Assembly: GCA_017964255.1 (NCBI GenBank)
Contig: JAGCSI010000146.1
Span: forward strand, 5,860 to 69,859
Length of the DNA stretch: 64,000 nt
DNA from: Bacteroidales bacterium
GTDB taxonomy: Bacteria; Bacteroidota; Bacteroidia; Bacteroidales; WCHB1-69
Direction of reading: 5' to 3'
Shown: piece after piece, positions 36,343-45,445 of the stretch
Position numbering within the stretch: the stretch's first letter is position 1
How the letters are laid out: each line of letters starts with the position of its first letter
Program-made: the position numbers and the translations under genes
Notes under the pieces: model-generated
Seen by the model: the letters and a program-made list of their open reading frames with translations, nothing else
What the model was told of the DNA's origin: nothing
The model's database searches: none

Positions 36343-37026
36343 ATGAATACAATTAATGAAATAAGGAGTGGAGAGAAAAAGGCCAACAAGCCAGGATTAA
36401 AGAGTGGTTTGAGAGACTTTTTGAAAAGTATTTGGATGTTTATTCAGAGGAAAAAATATCCTTTTATTTCAACAACAGCCATCATTGGAAGACAACTCGT
36501 TGTTCTATCACCACGTAATCTTGTTATGGAAGATTACACAAACATTAAAGATGGTTTAATAATGAACACCAGAGCTAAATTCATTTTTAAAAAATGGTCG
36601 GGGGCTGCATCTGGATTGACTGTTATTACGGGAAACCACATGTCAGTTCCAGGCAAGCATCATAAAATGGTATCTGACAAGGATAAAGACGAGATAGATA
36701 TTAATCATGAATTTGATAAGGATGTTGTTGTTAATGAGGACGTTTGGCTTGGAGTGAATGTAATCCTTATGGCGGGTGTTACCATTGGGCGTGGTGCTAT
36801 TGTTGGTGCTGGAGCTGTGGTGAGATATGATGTTCCTCCCTATGCTATCGTGACTGGTAATCCTGCAAAGGTTGTTGGTTTTCGTTTTACACCCGGAATT
36901 ACCGTTCAACATGAAGAGGAACTGTACCCTGAAGAGGAAAGACTTTCGGAAGAATTGCTACAAGAGAACTATAAAAAATATTTTGTTTCAAGGATTAAAG
37001 ATATTCAGGATTATCTGAAACAATAG
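36343..37026 (+). CDS. Hexapeptide-repeat (left-handed beta-helix) O-acetyltransferase
   Basis: It has VWLGVNVILMAGVTIGRGAIVGAGAVVRYDVPPYAIVTGNPAKVV. The ATG at 36343 is preferred over the TTG at 36337. Confidence 0.75.
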   Translation: MNTINEIRSGEKKANKPGLKSGLRDFLKSIWMFIQRKKYPFISTTAIIGRQLVVLSPRNLVMEDYTNIKDGLIMNTRAKFIFKKWSGAASGLTVITGNHMSVPGKHHKMVSDKDKDEIDINHEFDKDVVVNEDVWLGVNVILMAGVTIGRGAIVGAGAVVRYDVPPYAIVTGNPAKVVGFRFTPGITVQHEEELYPEEERLSEELLQENYKKYFVSRIKDIQDYLKQ

Positions 37027-37030
37027 AGAT

Positions 37031-37441
37031 ATGAAGCATTTAAAATCAATAAATCACATTGGATATGCTGTTAAAGATATATCCAAGAGTGCGAGTGTTT
37101 ACACCTCGGCAGGTTGGGCCTTGTCCCCTGTCTTTGATGAGGAAGTACAAGGAACCAAAATAGCCTTTTTAACAAAGAAGGGTTTCCCGACGATTGAATT
37201 AGTGGCTCCATTGAAGGAAGGGACTCCCTCACCTGTTGATAATTATTTGGAAAAGGTTGGCTGTTCGACGTATCATGTATGCTATGATGTGGATGATATC
37301 GAACAGGCAGTAGAGGATCTCTTCGATGAGGGGTTCAAGCCATTATTTATGCCTGTAGAGTCTGTGGCTATGGATGGGCATCAGATATGTTATTTGTATC
37401 ACATGAGTGTTGGATTGATAGAGTTAGTAAGTACAAGATGA
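37031..37441 (+). CDS. VOC/glyoxalase-family protein (methylmalonyl-CoA-epimerase-like)
   Basis: 136 aa. It has INHIGYAVKDI, HVCYDVDD and GLIELV. Confidence 0.6.
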   Translation: MKHLKSINHIGYAVKDISKSASVYTSAGWALSPVFDEEVQGTKIAFLTKKGFPTIELVAPLKEGTPSPVDNYLEKVGCSTYHVCYDVDDIEQAVEDLFDEGFKPLFMPVESVAMDGHQICYLYHMSVGLIELVSTR

Positions 37442-38937
37442 AATATACATTTTATAGTCAGGTGCTGAATCCTGTATTGCAGAGCATCGAGAAATATCCT
37501 GATAGAAATGCTTTCTGCATAGATGAGAAATTCTATACATACAGTGATTTTTCAAAGAGAATAAGTGCTATTTACTCTTCGTTAGAAAAACATTCCACAA
37601 CAAAGCAACAAGTGGGTTTGGTCATCAATGATGACTTGGATACGTATGCTTCCATATTTGCACTATGGTTGAAGGGACTTTGTTATGTGCCATTACATCC
37701 GGGTTGGCCATTGGACCGATGTGAGGAGATTTGTAGTCAGGTAGGTCTTAGTTTGATTTTGGATTCATCCTCAAAAACCAGGTATACGGGGCAGGAAGTA
37801 CTCATGACATCCTCTGTTGAGGATTTGAGCGCCCAATTGACGTATACGTCCAATGTAGATGAAGATGATTTAGCTTACATCTTATTTACATCTGGGAGTA
37901 CGGGCAAGCCTAAAGGTGTGCAATTGATGAGAAAGAACGTTGCTGCCTTTATGGATTCTTTCTGGCAAACAGGTATAGAAATCAATGAAGAAGACCGGTG
38001 CTTGCAGGCCTTCGATTTGAGCTTTGACGTGTCGGTTCAAAGTTATCTGGTGGCTCTTACCCGTGGAGCATGTGTCTTTACAATACCACATGGACAAGTT
38101 AAATATGTGTATGCCAGCGGCCTAATAGAAGATCATGGAATTACATTTGGCGCAATGGCTCCGTCAATGCTCCGTTATCTACAGCCCTATTTTGATGAGA
38201 TGGATGCAACAAGCCTTAAAGCCTGTATTTTGACAGCAGAGGCTTGCCCTGTTAACTTGATGGAAGAATGGTATAATTGTGCCACAAATACAGAGATATA
38301 TGATTTCTATGGTCCAACAGAGGCAACTATTTATTGTACTTATTATAAGCTGACCAGAGGCGGTAATAATAAGAGTTTGAATGGAATTATCTCAATAGGA
38401 AGACCTTTGGCAAATTGCATTGGGTTAATACTTGATGAAGCTGGGAACGAATTACCTACAGGGGAAAAAGGAGAATTTTGTGTTGCGGGTGATCAAGTCA
38501 CAAAGGGCTATTGGGATAATCCAGAGAAAAACGAAAGTTCTTTCTTCTACAAAGAAGTGAATGGTGAAAGAATACGTTTCTATCACACTGGAGACCTCTG
38601 CTATAAGGACGAAGATGGCGACATCATGTATTCTGGACGCTTGGATCATCAAGCTAAGATACAAGGCTTTCGTGTTGAATTAGGGGAAATAGAGTTTCAC
38701 GCCAGAGAGTTTCTGAAAAAGAATGCAGTTTGCATTGCATTTGATAACGAGAAGTGTCTCACAGAAATTGCGATGTTCATTGAAAGTACAGAATTCAATG
38801 CAGAAGATTTGCTGGCGTATATGAGAACAAAGATGCCTTCCTACATGATACCAACAAGGCTCTTCTTCATTCCTGTTTTTCCGCTGAATTCCAATGATAA
38901 AACAGATAAGGTAAAACTTAAAGGAATGATAAAATGA
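37438..38937 (+). CDS. AMP-forming adenylation enzyme (DltA/NRPS A-domain-like carrier-protein ligase)
   Basis: The start at 37438 (ATGA overlap) is preferred. It has the A3 core motif LAYILFTSGSTGKPKGV, plus YGPTE and YHTGDL. Confidence 0.8.
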   Translation: MKYTFYSQVLNPVLQSIEKYPDRNAFCIDEKFYTYSDFSKRISAIYSSLEKHSTTKQQVGLVINDDLDTYASIFALWLKGLCYVPLHPGWPLDRCEEICSQVGLSLILDSSSKTRYTGQEVLMTSSVEDLSAQLTYTSNVDEDDLAYILFTSGSTGKPKGVQLMRKNVAAFMDSFWQTGIEINEEDRCLQAFDLSFDVSVQSYLVALTRGACVFTIPHGQVKYVYASGLIEDHGITFGAMAPSMLRYLQPYFDEMDATSLKACILTAEACPVNLMEEWYNCATNTEIYDFYGPTEATIYCTYYKLTRGGNNKSLNGIISIGRPLANCIGLILDEAGNELPTGEKGEFCVAGDQVTKGYWDNPEKNESSFFYKEVNGERIRFYHTGDLCYKDEDGDIMYSGRLDHQAKIQGFRVELGEIEFHAREFLKKNAVCIAFDNEKCLTEIAMFIESTEFNAEDLLAYMRTKMPSYMIPTRLFFIPVFPLNSNDKTDKVKLKGMIK

Positions 38938-39605
38938 TAGATGAAACAAAATATATATTTCGTGATGCAACGTTAGCAGATGTTGACTTCCTTTCTACAG
39001 CTATTGTTGAAGCTAAAAAAGGTGGTTCAGAAATGGTCGGAATGGCCAACCTCTTTGACTTATCCGTAGACTCCTTTAGGAATTACGTTAAACAAATGCT
39101 TGAAGAGGAAATTGATGGCTGCGATTTCTCAATCAGTAGTTTTATCATCGCTGAGTATGAAGGAAAGCCTGTTGCAACTTTCGGGGGTTGGGTAGAAGGC
39201 GAAAATGAAGATGAAATGCCGTCGTCGTTACTGAAATCCAATCTGATTGGATATGTTATTCCGATTGAAAATGTTCAGAAAGCAAGGGAAAAATCACATA
39301 TTCTTGAGGATTTACAAGTCGAGAGAGTGGCAGGAACTTATCAATTGGAATATGGTTATACTGTGCCTGAACATCGTGGTCATCATCTTATTGGAAGACT
39401 AATAGAAAAACATATTAACCGAGCCAAAGCTTCTGCTTTGAGTGTTAGAAAAATGCAAGTCTTGGTATATGACAACAACATAGCTGCGATTACAGCCTAT
39501 ACAAAAGCAGGGTTCAAAGTTATTCAAACATTGGTGGCGGACAATAGCGAAATACTTAAGTATTACCCTCATAATAGAGAATTATTTTTAGAAAAATCAT
39601 TATAA
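38934..39605 (+). CDS. GNAT-family N-acetyltransferase
   Basis: 223 aa. It has a VPEHRGHHLIGRLIEK segment (Q/RxxGxG/A-like), and the size and fold pattern are typical of GNAT proteins. Confidence 0.55.
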   Translation: MIDETKYIFRDATLADVDFLSTAIVEAKKGGSEMVGMANLFDLSVDSFRNYVKQMLEEEIDGCDFSISSFIIAEYEGKPVATFGGWVEGENEDEMPSSLLKSNLIGYVIPIENVQKAREKSHILEDLQVERVAGTYQLEYGYTVPEHRGHHLIGRLIEKHINRAKASALSVRKMQVLVYDNNIAAITAYTKAGFKVIQTLVADNSEILKYYPHNRELFLEKSL

Positions 39606-39617
39606 AACTATTAAACA

Positions 39618-39863
39618 ATGGAAAAAACAGAAATTATTGAAAAGTTGACATCCGTATTTCAGGAGGTCTTTTCTGACAACTGTCTCGTGCTCAACGATGA
39701 AATGACAGCTAATGATGTCGAAAAGTGGGATTCTCTCACCCACATGTTAATGATTTCAACGGTTGAGGAGCAGTTTGGAGTTAAGTTTAAGTTGAAGGAG
39801 CTTAACAAACTTAAGAAAGTTGGAGATATTGTGGAGATTCTACACGACAAACTTTCGGCATAG
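39618..39863 (+). CDS. Acyl/peptidyl carrier protein
   Basis: 81 aa. It has a WDSLTHMLMI phosphopantetheine-attachment-type DSL motif. Confidence 0.75.
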   Translation: MEKTEIIEKLTSVFQEVFSDNCLVLNDEMTANDVEKWDSLTHMLMISTVEEQFGVKFKLKELNKLKKVGDIVEILHDKLSA

Positions 39864-39984
39864 GCATTTTGTTGTCAATCGTAATGGATTAGAGCCTTTT
39901 AATGCGTGGCTAGCAATCATTAAGGCTCTAATCCAAATTATCAGTTTAAATAGTATTATTATCAAATGATAGCAAAGATTAATA

Positions 39985-41028
39985 ATGTCGATGACTAAAG
40001 TACTTGTACTATCTACAAGCAAGAGGGCTCGTGGGGGCATCGCTGCTGTTTTGAAACTCTATGAGCAAAGTGATGTGTGGAAAAAGTATCATTGTCGATG
40101 GGTTTCTACACATAAGGATAGTAGCAAACTGATAAAGATTTGGTATCTATGTAAAGGAATGATAGAGTTTCTTTTTTTACTACCATTTTATGATATCGTC
40201 CACATCCACTTTAGCCTAGCCGGTTCTGCACGAAGAAAGTACCCATTCTTTAGGATAGCAAAGAAGATGGGAAAAAAAGTCATTATTCATTTGCATTGTG
40301 GGTCTCAGATTGATGATATTTGGAATCATACTTATCAGACGATGTTCGAACAATGTGATTGTGGAATACTGCTATCAGAGAGCTTGAAATCAAAAATCGA
40401 AGAGCATATTGGAAAATCTGACAAACTGAAAGTAGTGTATAATCCCTGTCCAATCGTACCCAATAATACTGAGTATGAAAAGAAGAATCATATTCTTTTT
40501 AGCGGAACGCTATATGACGGTAAAGGCTACAAAGACTTGATTAATGCATTTGCAAGAGTGGCAGCAAAGTATCCAAATTGGAAGATTGTTTTTGCAGGAA
40601 ACGGTGAAGTTGAGCAAGCGAGGGCTTTATCAGAGAAGTTAGGGATTAGTAAACAGGTGCTATTGTTAGGCTGGGTTAGTGGAGAAGCAAAACATAAGGC
40701 ATTCAGTGAGGCAAAAGCATTATGTCTCCCCAGTTATGCTGAAGGTTTTCCAATGGCTGTATTGGATGCTTGGGCATACGGTTTGCCTGTGGTAACCACC
40801 CCTGTAGGTGGTGTTCCAGATGTGGCTGTAGATAGAGAGAACATGCTGTTGTTTGAGCCTGGAGATGTGGATCAATTGGCCGTACAGTTGGGACGAGTGA
40901 TAAATGATGAGGCGTTGAGAGTTCGTTTGAGCGAGGAATCTGCAAAAATGGCGCAAAATCAGTTTAACTTGGTTTCGATAACGAATCAGGTTGGCGACAT
41001 TTATAAACAAATAGTGAAGACGGAATGA
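39985..41028 (+). CDS. Glycosyltransferase family 4
   Basis: 347 aa. It has EGFPMAVLDAW (EX7E-like) and an N-terminal VLVLSTSKRARGGIAAV. Confidence 0.7.
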   Translation: MSMTKVLVLSTSKRARGGIAAVLKLYEQSDVWKKYHCRWVSTHKDSSKLIKIWYLCKGMIEFLFLLPFYDIVHIHFSLAGSARRKYPFFRIAKKMGKKVIIHLHCGSQIDDIWNHTYQTMFEQCDCGILLSESLKSKIEEHIGKSDKLKVVYNPCPIVPNNTEYEKKNHILFSGTLYDGKGYKDLINAFARVAAKYPNWKIVFAGNGEVEQARALSEKLGISKQVLLLGWVSGEAKHKAFSEAKALCLPSYAEGFPMAVLDAWAYGLPVVTTPVGGVPDVAVDRENMLLFEPGDVDQLAVQLGRVINDEALRVRLSEESAKMAQNQFNLVSITNQVGDIYKQIVKTE

Positions 41029-41029
41029 C

Positions 41030-41779
41030 ATGGACTTAAAAGAAATACATATTTGGAACATCAAGTATAATCTACTTACTGTAGATGAAATTGTAATGAT
41101 TGTAAATAAATGGTTGTCTGAAGGGCGTAAGGGTGTTCATTTAACTGGAGCTGATGCATACGTGACAGTTCTTGCCCAAAAGGATGAACTGCTTCATCGT
41201 GCTATTATGGAATCCGACATAGTTAATGTTGACAGTTATTACCCAACAAAGATGCTGGCCAAACAAGGTTATGAAATCAGAGAGAGAGTCACTACACCTG
41301 ATGTGATGGAAGGTTTTTTAAAAAGTGCAAATGAAAAAGGACAGAAGATTTATTTGTTAGGAGCTAAAGAGGAAACATTACAAGCCTTAATTGAGATATT
41401 GAAGAGAGATTATCCCAATATGAAAATAGTAGGATTCCATAATGGCTATTTCAAAGAAGAGGAAGAAGACGCTATTGCTGAGGCTATCTCAAAGGTGGCT
41501 CCCGACTACCTCTTTTTAGGTATGCCTACACCAAGGAAAGAACATTTTATTTTAAAATATAAAAGAAAAATTGATGTTGGTGTTTTTCTTGGCGTTGGTG
41601 GCGCTTTTGACGCCAGAGCTAACGTAATGAAAAGGCCCCCTAAATTTATGCGTGGTCATGGGTTAGAAGCTTTTTTCAGAGTGCTTAGAAGTCCCAGAGT
41701 ATATGGAAAAAGGCTGCATATTTTTAGAGAGTTTGACAAATTAGTTGAAGAATATAATAATAAATTGAAAGATAATTGA
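41030..41779 (+). CDS. WecB/TagA/CpsF-family glycosyltransferase (GT26)
   Basis: 249 aa. It has IYLLGAKEE, PDYLFLGMPTPRKEHF and GVGGAFD, which are typical of GT26. Confidence 0.7.
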   Translation: MDLKEIHIWNIKYNLLTVDEIVMIVNKWLSEGRKGVHLTGADAYVTVLAQKDELLHRAIMESDIVNVDSYYPTKMLAKQGYEIRERVTTPDVMEGFLKSANEKGQKIYLLGAKEETLQALIEILKRDYPNMKIVGFHNGYFKEEEEDAIAEAISKVAPDYLFLGMPTPRKEHFILKYKRKIDVGVFLGVGGAFDARANVMKRPPKFMRGHGLEAFFRVLRSPRVYGKRLHIFREFDKLVEEYNNKLKDN

Positions 41780-41792
41780 TAAGATTGTAGAT

Positions 41793-42737
41793 ATGAGCAA
41801 AGCATTCATTTTTCCTGGCCAAGGTTGCCAGAAGGAGGGGATGGGAAGCGACCTCAATGAGCAGTTTCCCCAGGCACGAGAGCTATTTGAGCGGGCTAAC
41901 GACTTCTTGGGCTACAAGATAACGGACGTGATGTTTCATGGTACGGAAGAGGAGTTGATGGAAACCAAGAACACCCAACCCTCGGTGTTCGTGTATGAAA
42001 CCATCCTCGCCCTGTGTCAGGATGATGTGAAGCCCGACGTGGTGGCCGGTCACTCACTGGGTGAGTTTGCGGCATTGGTAGTGGCCGGTATCCTTTCGTA
42101 TGAAGATGGTCTGAACCTTGTCTTGAACCGTGCCTTGATTGGCCAGAAAGCCTGCGAGAAATATCCCACAGGTATGGGAGCCGTGATCGGCCTTACGGAC
42201 GAATATGTGGCACAACGTATCAAAGAGATTTGGGAGGAGACAGGTGAGCCTATATATTTTGCCAACTACAACGGCCCCGGTCAGGTGGTCATCAGCGGCT
42301 CGATGAAGGGCGTGATGAAAGCCTGCAAGGCATTCCGCAAGGAGGGAGCCAAGAAGGCTGTGCCGCTGGCCATTGGCGGTTCGTTCCATACACCTTATAT
42401 GGACGAGGCGCGTGAGGAATTGGGTGAGATTATCAAGAAGACTCCGTTCAGTACCCCCAAGATCCCTATCTACCAGTGCGTGGATGCCCTGCCGCATACA
42501 GACCCAGACGAGATTAAGGAGAACCTGATTCAGCATATCACTCACCCTGTGCTGTGGACGGACATGACCCGCAACATGGTGAAGGATGGCGTGACGGAAT
42601 TTTATGAGGTGGGAACCGACGATACACTGGAGAAGATTGTTCGTCGCATGGCTCCAGAACTACATCAGCAGTCGTTGCTGGATGTGCCTACTTATGCTGG
42701 GAAGGTGAAGAATTTCAAGATTGTGAAGGATAGTTGA
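41793..42737 (+). CDS. fabD: Malonyl-CoA:ACP transacylase
   Basis: 314 aa. It has FIFPGQGCQ, the active site GHSLGEFAAL, and GSFHTPYM. Confidence 0.85.
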   Translation: MSKAFIFPGQGCQKEGMGSDLNEQFPQARELFERANDFLGYKITDVMFHGTEEELMETKNTQPSVFVYETILALCQDDVKPDVVAGHSLGEFAALVVAGILSYEDGLNLVLNRALIGQKACEKYPTGMGAVIGLTDEYVAQRIKEIWEETGEPIYFANYNGPGQVVISGSMKGVMKACKAFRKEGAKKAVPLAIGGSFHTPYMDEAREELGEIIKKTPFSTPKIPIYQCVDALPHTDPDEIKENLIQHITHPVLWTDMTRNMVKDGVTEFYEVGTDDTLEKIVRRMAPELHQQSLLDVPTYAGKVKNFKIVKDS

Positions 42738-42782
42738 GAGTTGAGGGTTTAGAGTTGAGAGACAGTAATAAAGTTTAGAGTT
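42736..42782. repeat. Stutter spacer (GAGAGTTGAGGGTTTAGAGTTGAGAG ... AGTTTAGAGTT)
   Basis: It is read directly. It belongs to the same TTTAGRG/GTTGAGA unit family as 6843-6957. Confidence 0.7.
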
Positions 42783-42814
42783 ATATATATTATTCACATT
42801 AAATTATTAGAATT

Positions 42815-43042
42815 ATGACTTTAGAAGAATTTGTAACGGCATTTGCCGATGAGTTTGATGAGACTCCTGCTGAGAGCTTTGCTCCTGCAACTGTTTACAA
42901 AGACTTGGATGAATGGGGTTCGCTGACCGCCCTCAGCATCATAGCACTGGCTATGGAAGGCTTTGGTAAAAAGATTACCGGTGCAGATCTCAGATCGGTT
43001 GATACCATCGAGGATTTGTACAATCTGATTCAGACCAAGTAA
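42815..43042 (+). CDS. Acyl carrier protein
   Basis: 75 aa. It has an EWGSLTALSI serine attachment-type motif. Confidence 0.7.
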   Translation: MTLEEFVTAFADEFDETPAESFAPATVYKDLDEWGSLTALSIIALAMEGFGKKITGADLRSVDTIEDLYNLIQTK

Positions 43043-43052
43043 ACGACAGGCG

Positions 43053-43805
43053 ATGGAGAATCCTTTTTCCCTTGAAGGGAAATGCATATTGGTAACGGGA
43101 GCCTCGTCCGGCATCGGACGAGGCATTGCCGTGGCCTGTGCCAAGATGGGAGCAAAGGTGTTACTCTCCGGCAGAAACGAGGCGAGACTGCAAGAAACAC
43201 TCTCGTTGATGTCAGGGGATGGACACACGGTTTTGTGTGGTGATTTGAACTCGGAAGAAACCCGCAAGGAAGTTGTCGAAAAGATACCCGACCTGAACGG
43301 TGTGGTATATTGTGCCGGTATTTCGCAGATTCAGATGGCAAAGCGTATGGAGCAATCCTCATTAGAGGGTATTTTCCAGACCAATGTCTTTTCACCACTG
43401 ATGCTGAACACCCTACTGCTGAAGAAAAAGAAAATCAAGAAAGACTCATCCATCATATTTATCTCATCAATTTCTGGCGTATATCGCAGTCAGATAGGTG
43501 AGGGAGGCTACGGAGCCACCAAGGCCGCTCTTACAGGCTATGTGAAGAGCCTGGCCCTGGAACTTGCCGCCCAAGGCATCAGGGTGAACACTATCCATCC
43601 CGGAGTTGTGGAGACACCCCTGCTGGAAGTGAGCAACGGCACCTTTGGCGAAGAAGAGTTGGAAGCCCTGCGGCAGAAATACCCCTTGAAGCGTTTCGGA
43701 AAGCCGGAAGACATTGCCCATTGTGCGGTCTATCTGCTGAGCGATGCTTCGAGTTGGATGACAGGTTCCAACCTGTTGATTGATGGTGGGTTTACATTAA
43801 AATAA
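43053..43805 (+). CDS. Short-chain dehydrogenase/reductase (3-oxoacyl-ACP reductase-like)
   Basis: 250 aa. It has VTGASSGIGRG, YGATKAAL (YxxxK) and PGVVETPL. Confidence 0.8.
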   Translation: MENPFSLEGKCILVTGASSGIGRGIAVACAKMGAKVLLSGRNEARLQETLSLMSGDGHTVLCGDLNSEETRKEVVEKIPDLNGVVYCAGISQIQMAKRMEQSSLEGIFQTNVFSPLMLNTLLLKKKKIKKDSSIIFISSISGVYRSQIGEGGYGATKAALTGYVKSLALELAAQGIRVNTIHPGVVETPLLEVSNGTFGEEELEALRQKYPLKRFGKPEDIAHCAVYLLSDASSWMTGSNLLIDGGFTLK

Positions 43806-43810
43806 TTAGA

Positions 43811-44812
43811 ATGAAAGCATATATCAAAGCAATCAACTATGCCCTGCCGGAAGGTGTGCTGACCAACGAAGAGGTGGCCGCCATGTTTCCGGAGTGGACG
43901 GTTGAGAAGATAGAGAAGAAACTCGGCATCAAGCAGCGTCATATCACTGCTGAGAACGAGACGGCAAGCGACCTTGCCATTCAAGCAGCCGAGGAGTTGT
44001 TTGAAACCACGGGCATCGACAAGGAGGAGATAGACTATCTGATCTTTGTGACCCAGAGTCCCGACTATCACCTGCCCACCACGGCCTGTGTGATTCAGAA
44101 ACGTATGGGGCTGAGCCATAACCTCACCTCCATCGATGTGAACTTAGGTTGCAACGGTTTTGTGGTAGGACTGTCATTAGCCAAGGCCGTGATCATGGCT
44201 GGTCAGGCCAAAAACGTGCTGCTGCTGACGGGTGAGACCTACTCGAAATACATGCACGAGCGCGACAAGAGCAACCGCACCATCTTTGGTGACGGAGCCA
44301 GCGCTACGGTGGTGAGTACCGAGGGGATGGCCGAGATAGGCGACTTTGTGGTGGGAACCGACGGTGAAGGTGCAGAGAACCTGATTGTGAAGACCGGTGG
44401 TGCCCGTCACTTGAAACCAGCCAACGACCTGGAGTTTGACGACTTCGGGAATCCCCGTTCGTCGGACAACCTGTATATGGACGGCCCGGCCATCCTGAAC
44501 TATTCGCTGGAGTTCCTCACGAAGCTGGTGAACGATGTGCTGGCAAAGAACAACCTGACGATGGATGACATTGACCTGCATGTGTATCATCAGGCTAACA
44601 TCTTCTTAGCCAACTTGGAGCGCAAGACCCTGCGGATTCCGCCCGAGAAATATTGGGTCTGCATAGAGAATACGGGTAACACCGTCAGTTCCACCATTCC
44701 CATTGCCCTCTGTGAGGCTTTGAGACAAGGCAAACTGACCAAGGGCATGAAAGTGCTATCGATAGCCCAGGGCTTGGGTTATACTTGGGGTGGTATGGTG
44801 CTCTACTTCTAA
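43811..44812 (+). CDS. 3-oxoacyl-ACP synthase III (FabH-like KAS III)
   Basis: 333 aa. It has the active-site context LGCNGFV (Cys), YHQAN (His) and NTGNTVSSTIP (Asn). Confidence 0.8.
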   Translation: MKAYIKAINYALPEGVLTNEEVAAMFPEWTVEKIEKKLGIKQRHITAENETASDLAIQAAEELFETTGIDKEEIDYLIFVTQSPDYHLPTTACVIQKRMGLSHNLTSIDVNLGCNGFVVGLSLAKAVIMAGQAKNVLLLTGETYSKYMHERDKSNRTIFGDGASATVVSTEGMAEIGDFVVGTDGEGAENLIVKTGGARHLKPANDLEFDDFGNPRSSDNLYMDGPAILNYSLEFLTKLVNDVLAKNNLTMDDIDLHVYHQANIFLANLERKTLRIPPEKYWVCIENTGNTVSSTIPIALCEALRQGKLTKGMKVLSIAQGLGYTWGGMVLYF

Positions 44813-44821
44813 TCAGAAAGC

Positions 44822-45445
44822 ATGCTGAAGATAGAGCGGTTTGTCAACCAACTGATGACCTCCAACTGCTATGTGGTGGTGGACGAGGAGAGCAAGCATT
44901 GCCTGTGTATTGACCCAGCCTCTGAGCAATCGGAACGGGAGATTGCCTACATTGGGCAAAACGGGCTGACGCTTGACCACATCATCCTCACCCACGAGCA
45001 TACTGACCATACTTGGGGTGTGAATGCCTTGAAGGGTCGGTTTGCGGAGGCCAAAGTCATCTGTTCGGAAGTATGCTGTGAAAACCTGGCGAAGGAGTTT
45101 CAGGCATATTTCCTCCTCTATTTTGACAATCCCGACTACCAATATACAGTGTGTCAGGTGGATGAAACCACCGAGGCGATGGGAGGCAGCCTGCTTTGGC
45201 AGGGACACAAGATTAAGTTTGTTTCCACCCCAGGGCATAGCTTGGGTTCCATCAGTATAGACATAGACGGAAGACTGTTTACGGGCGATTCCATCATGCA
45301 GTCGAAACCGTATGTCAACAAACGAAATGGCTCGAAGGAGCTGTTCTTTGAAAGCGTGAAAAAGATTCTGGAAACCTACCCTCAGGAGACCTTGGTATAT
45401 CCGGGGCATGGGGAGGTGTTTCAGTTAAAAGACTATCAACGATGA
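44822..45445 (+). CDS. Metallo-beta-lactamase-fold hydrolase (thioesterase-like)
   Basis: 207 aa. It has THEHTDH (HxHxDH), TPGHS and a late GH. Confidence 0.75.
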   Translation: MLKIERFVNQLMTSNCYVVVDEESKHCLCIDPASEQSEREIAYIGQNGLTLDHIILTHEHTDHTWGVNALKGRFAEAKVICSEVCCENLAKEFQAYFLLYFDNPDYQYTVCQVDETTEAMGGSLLWQGHKIKFVSTPGHSLGSISIDIDGRLFTGDSIMQSKPYVNKRNGSKELFFESVKKILETYPQETLVYPGHGEVFQLKDYQR

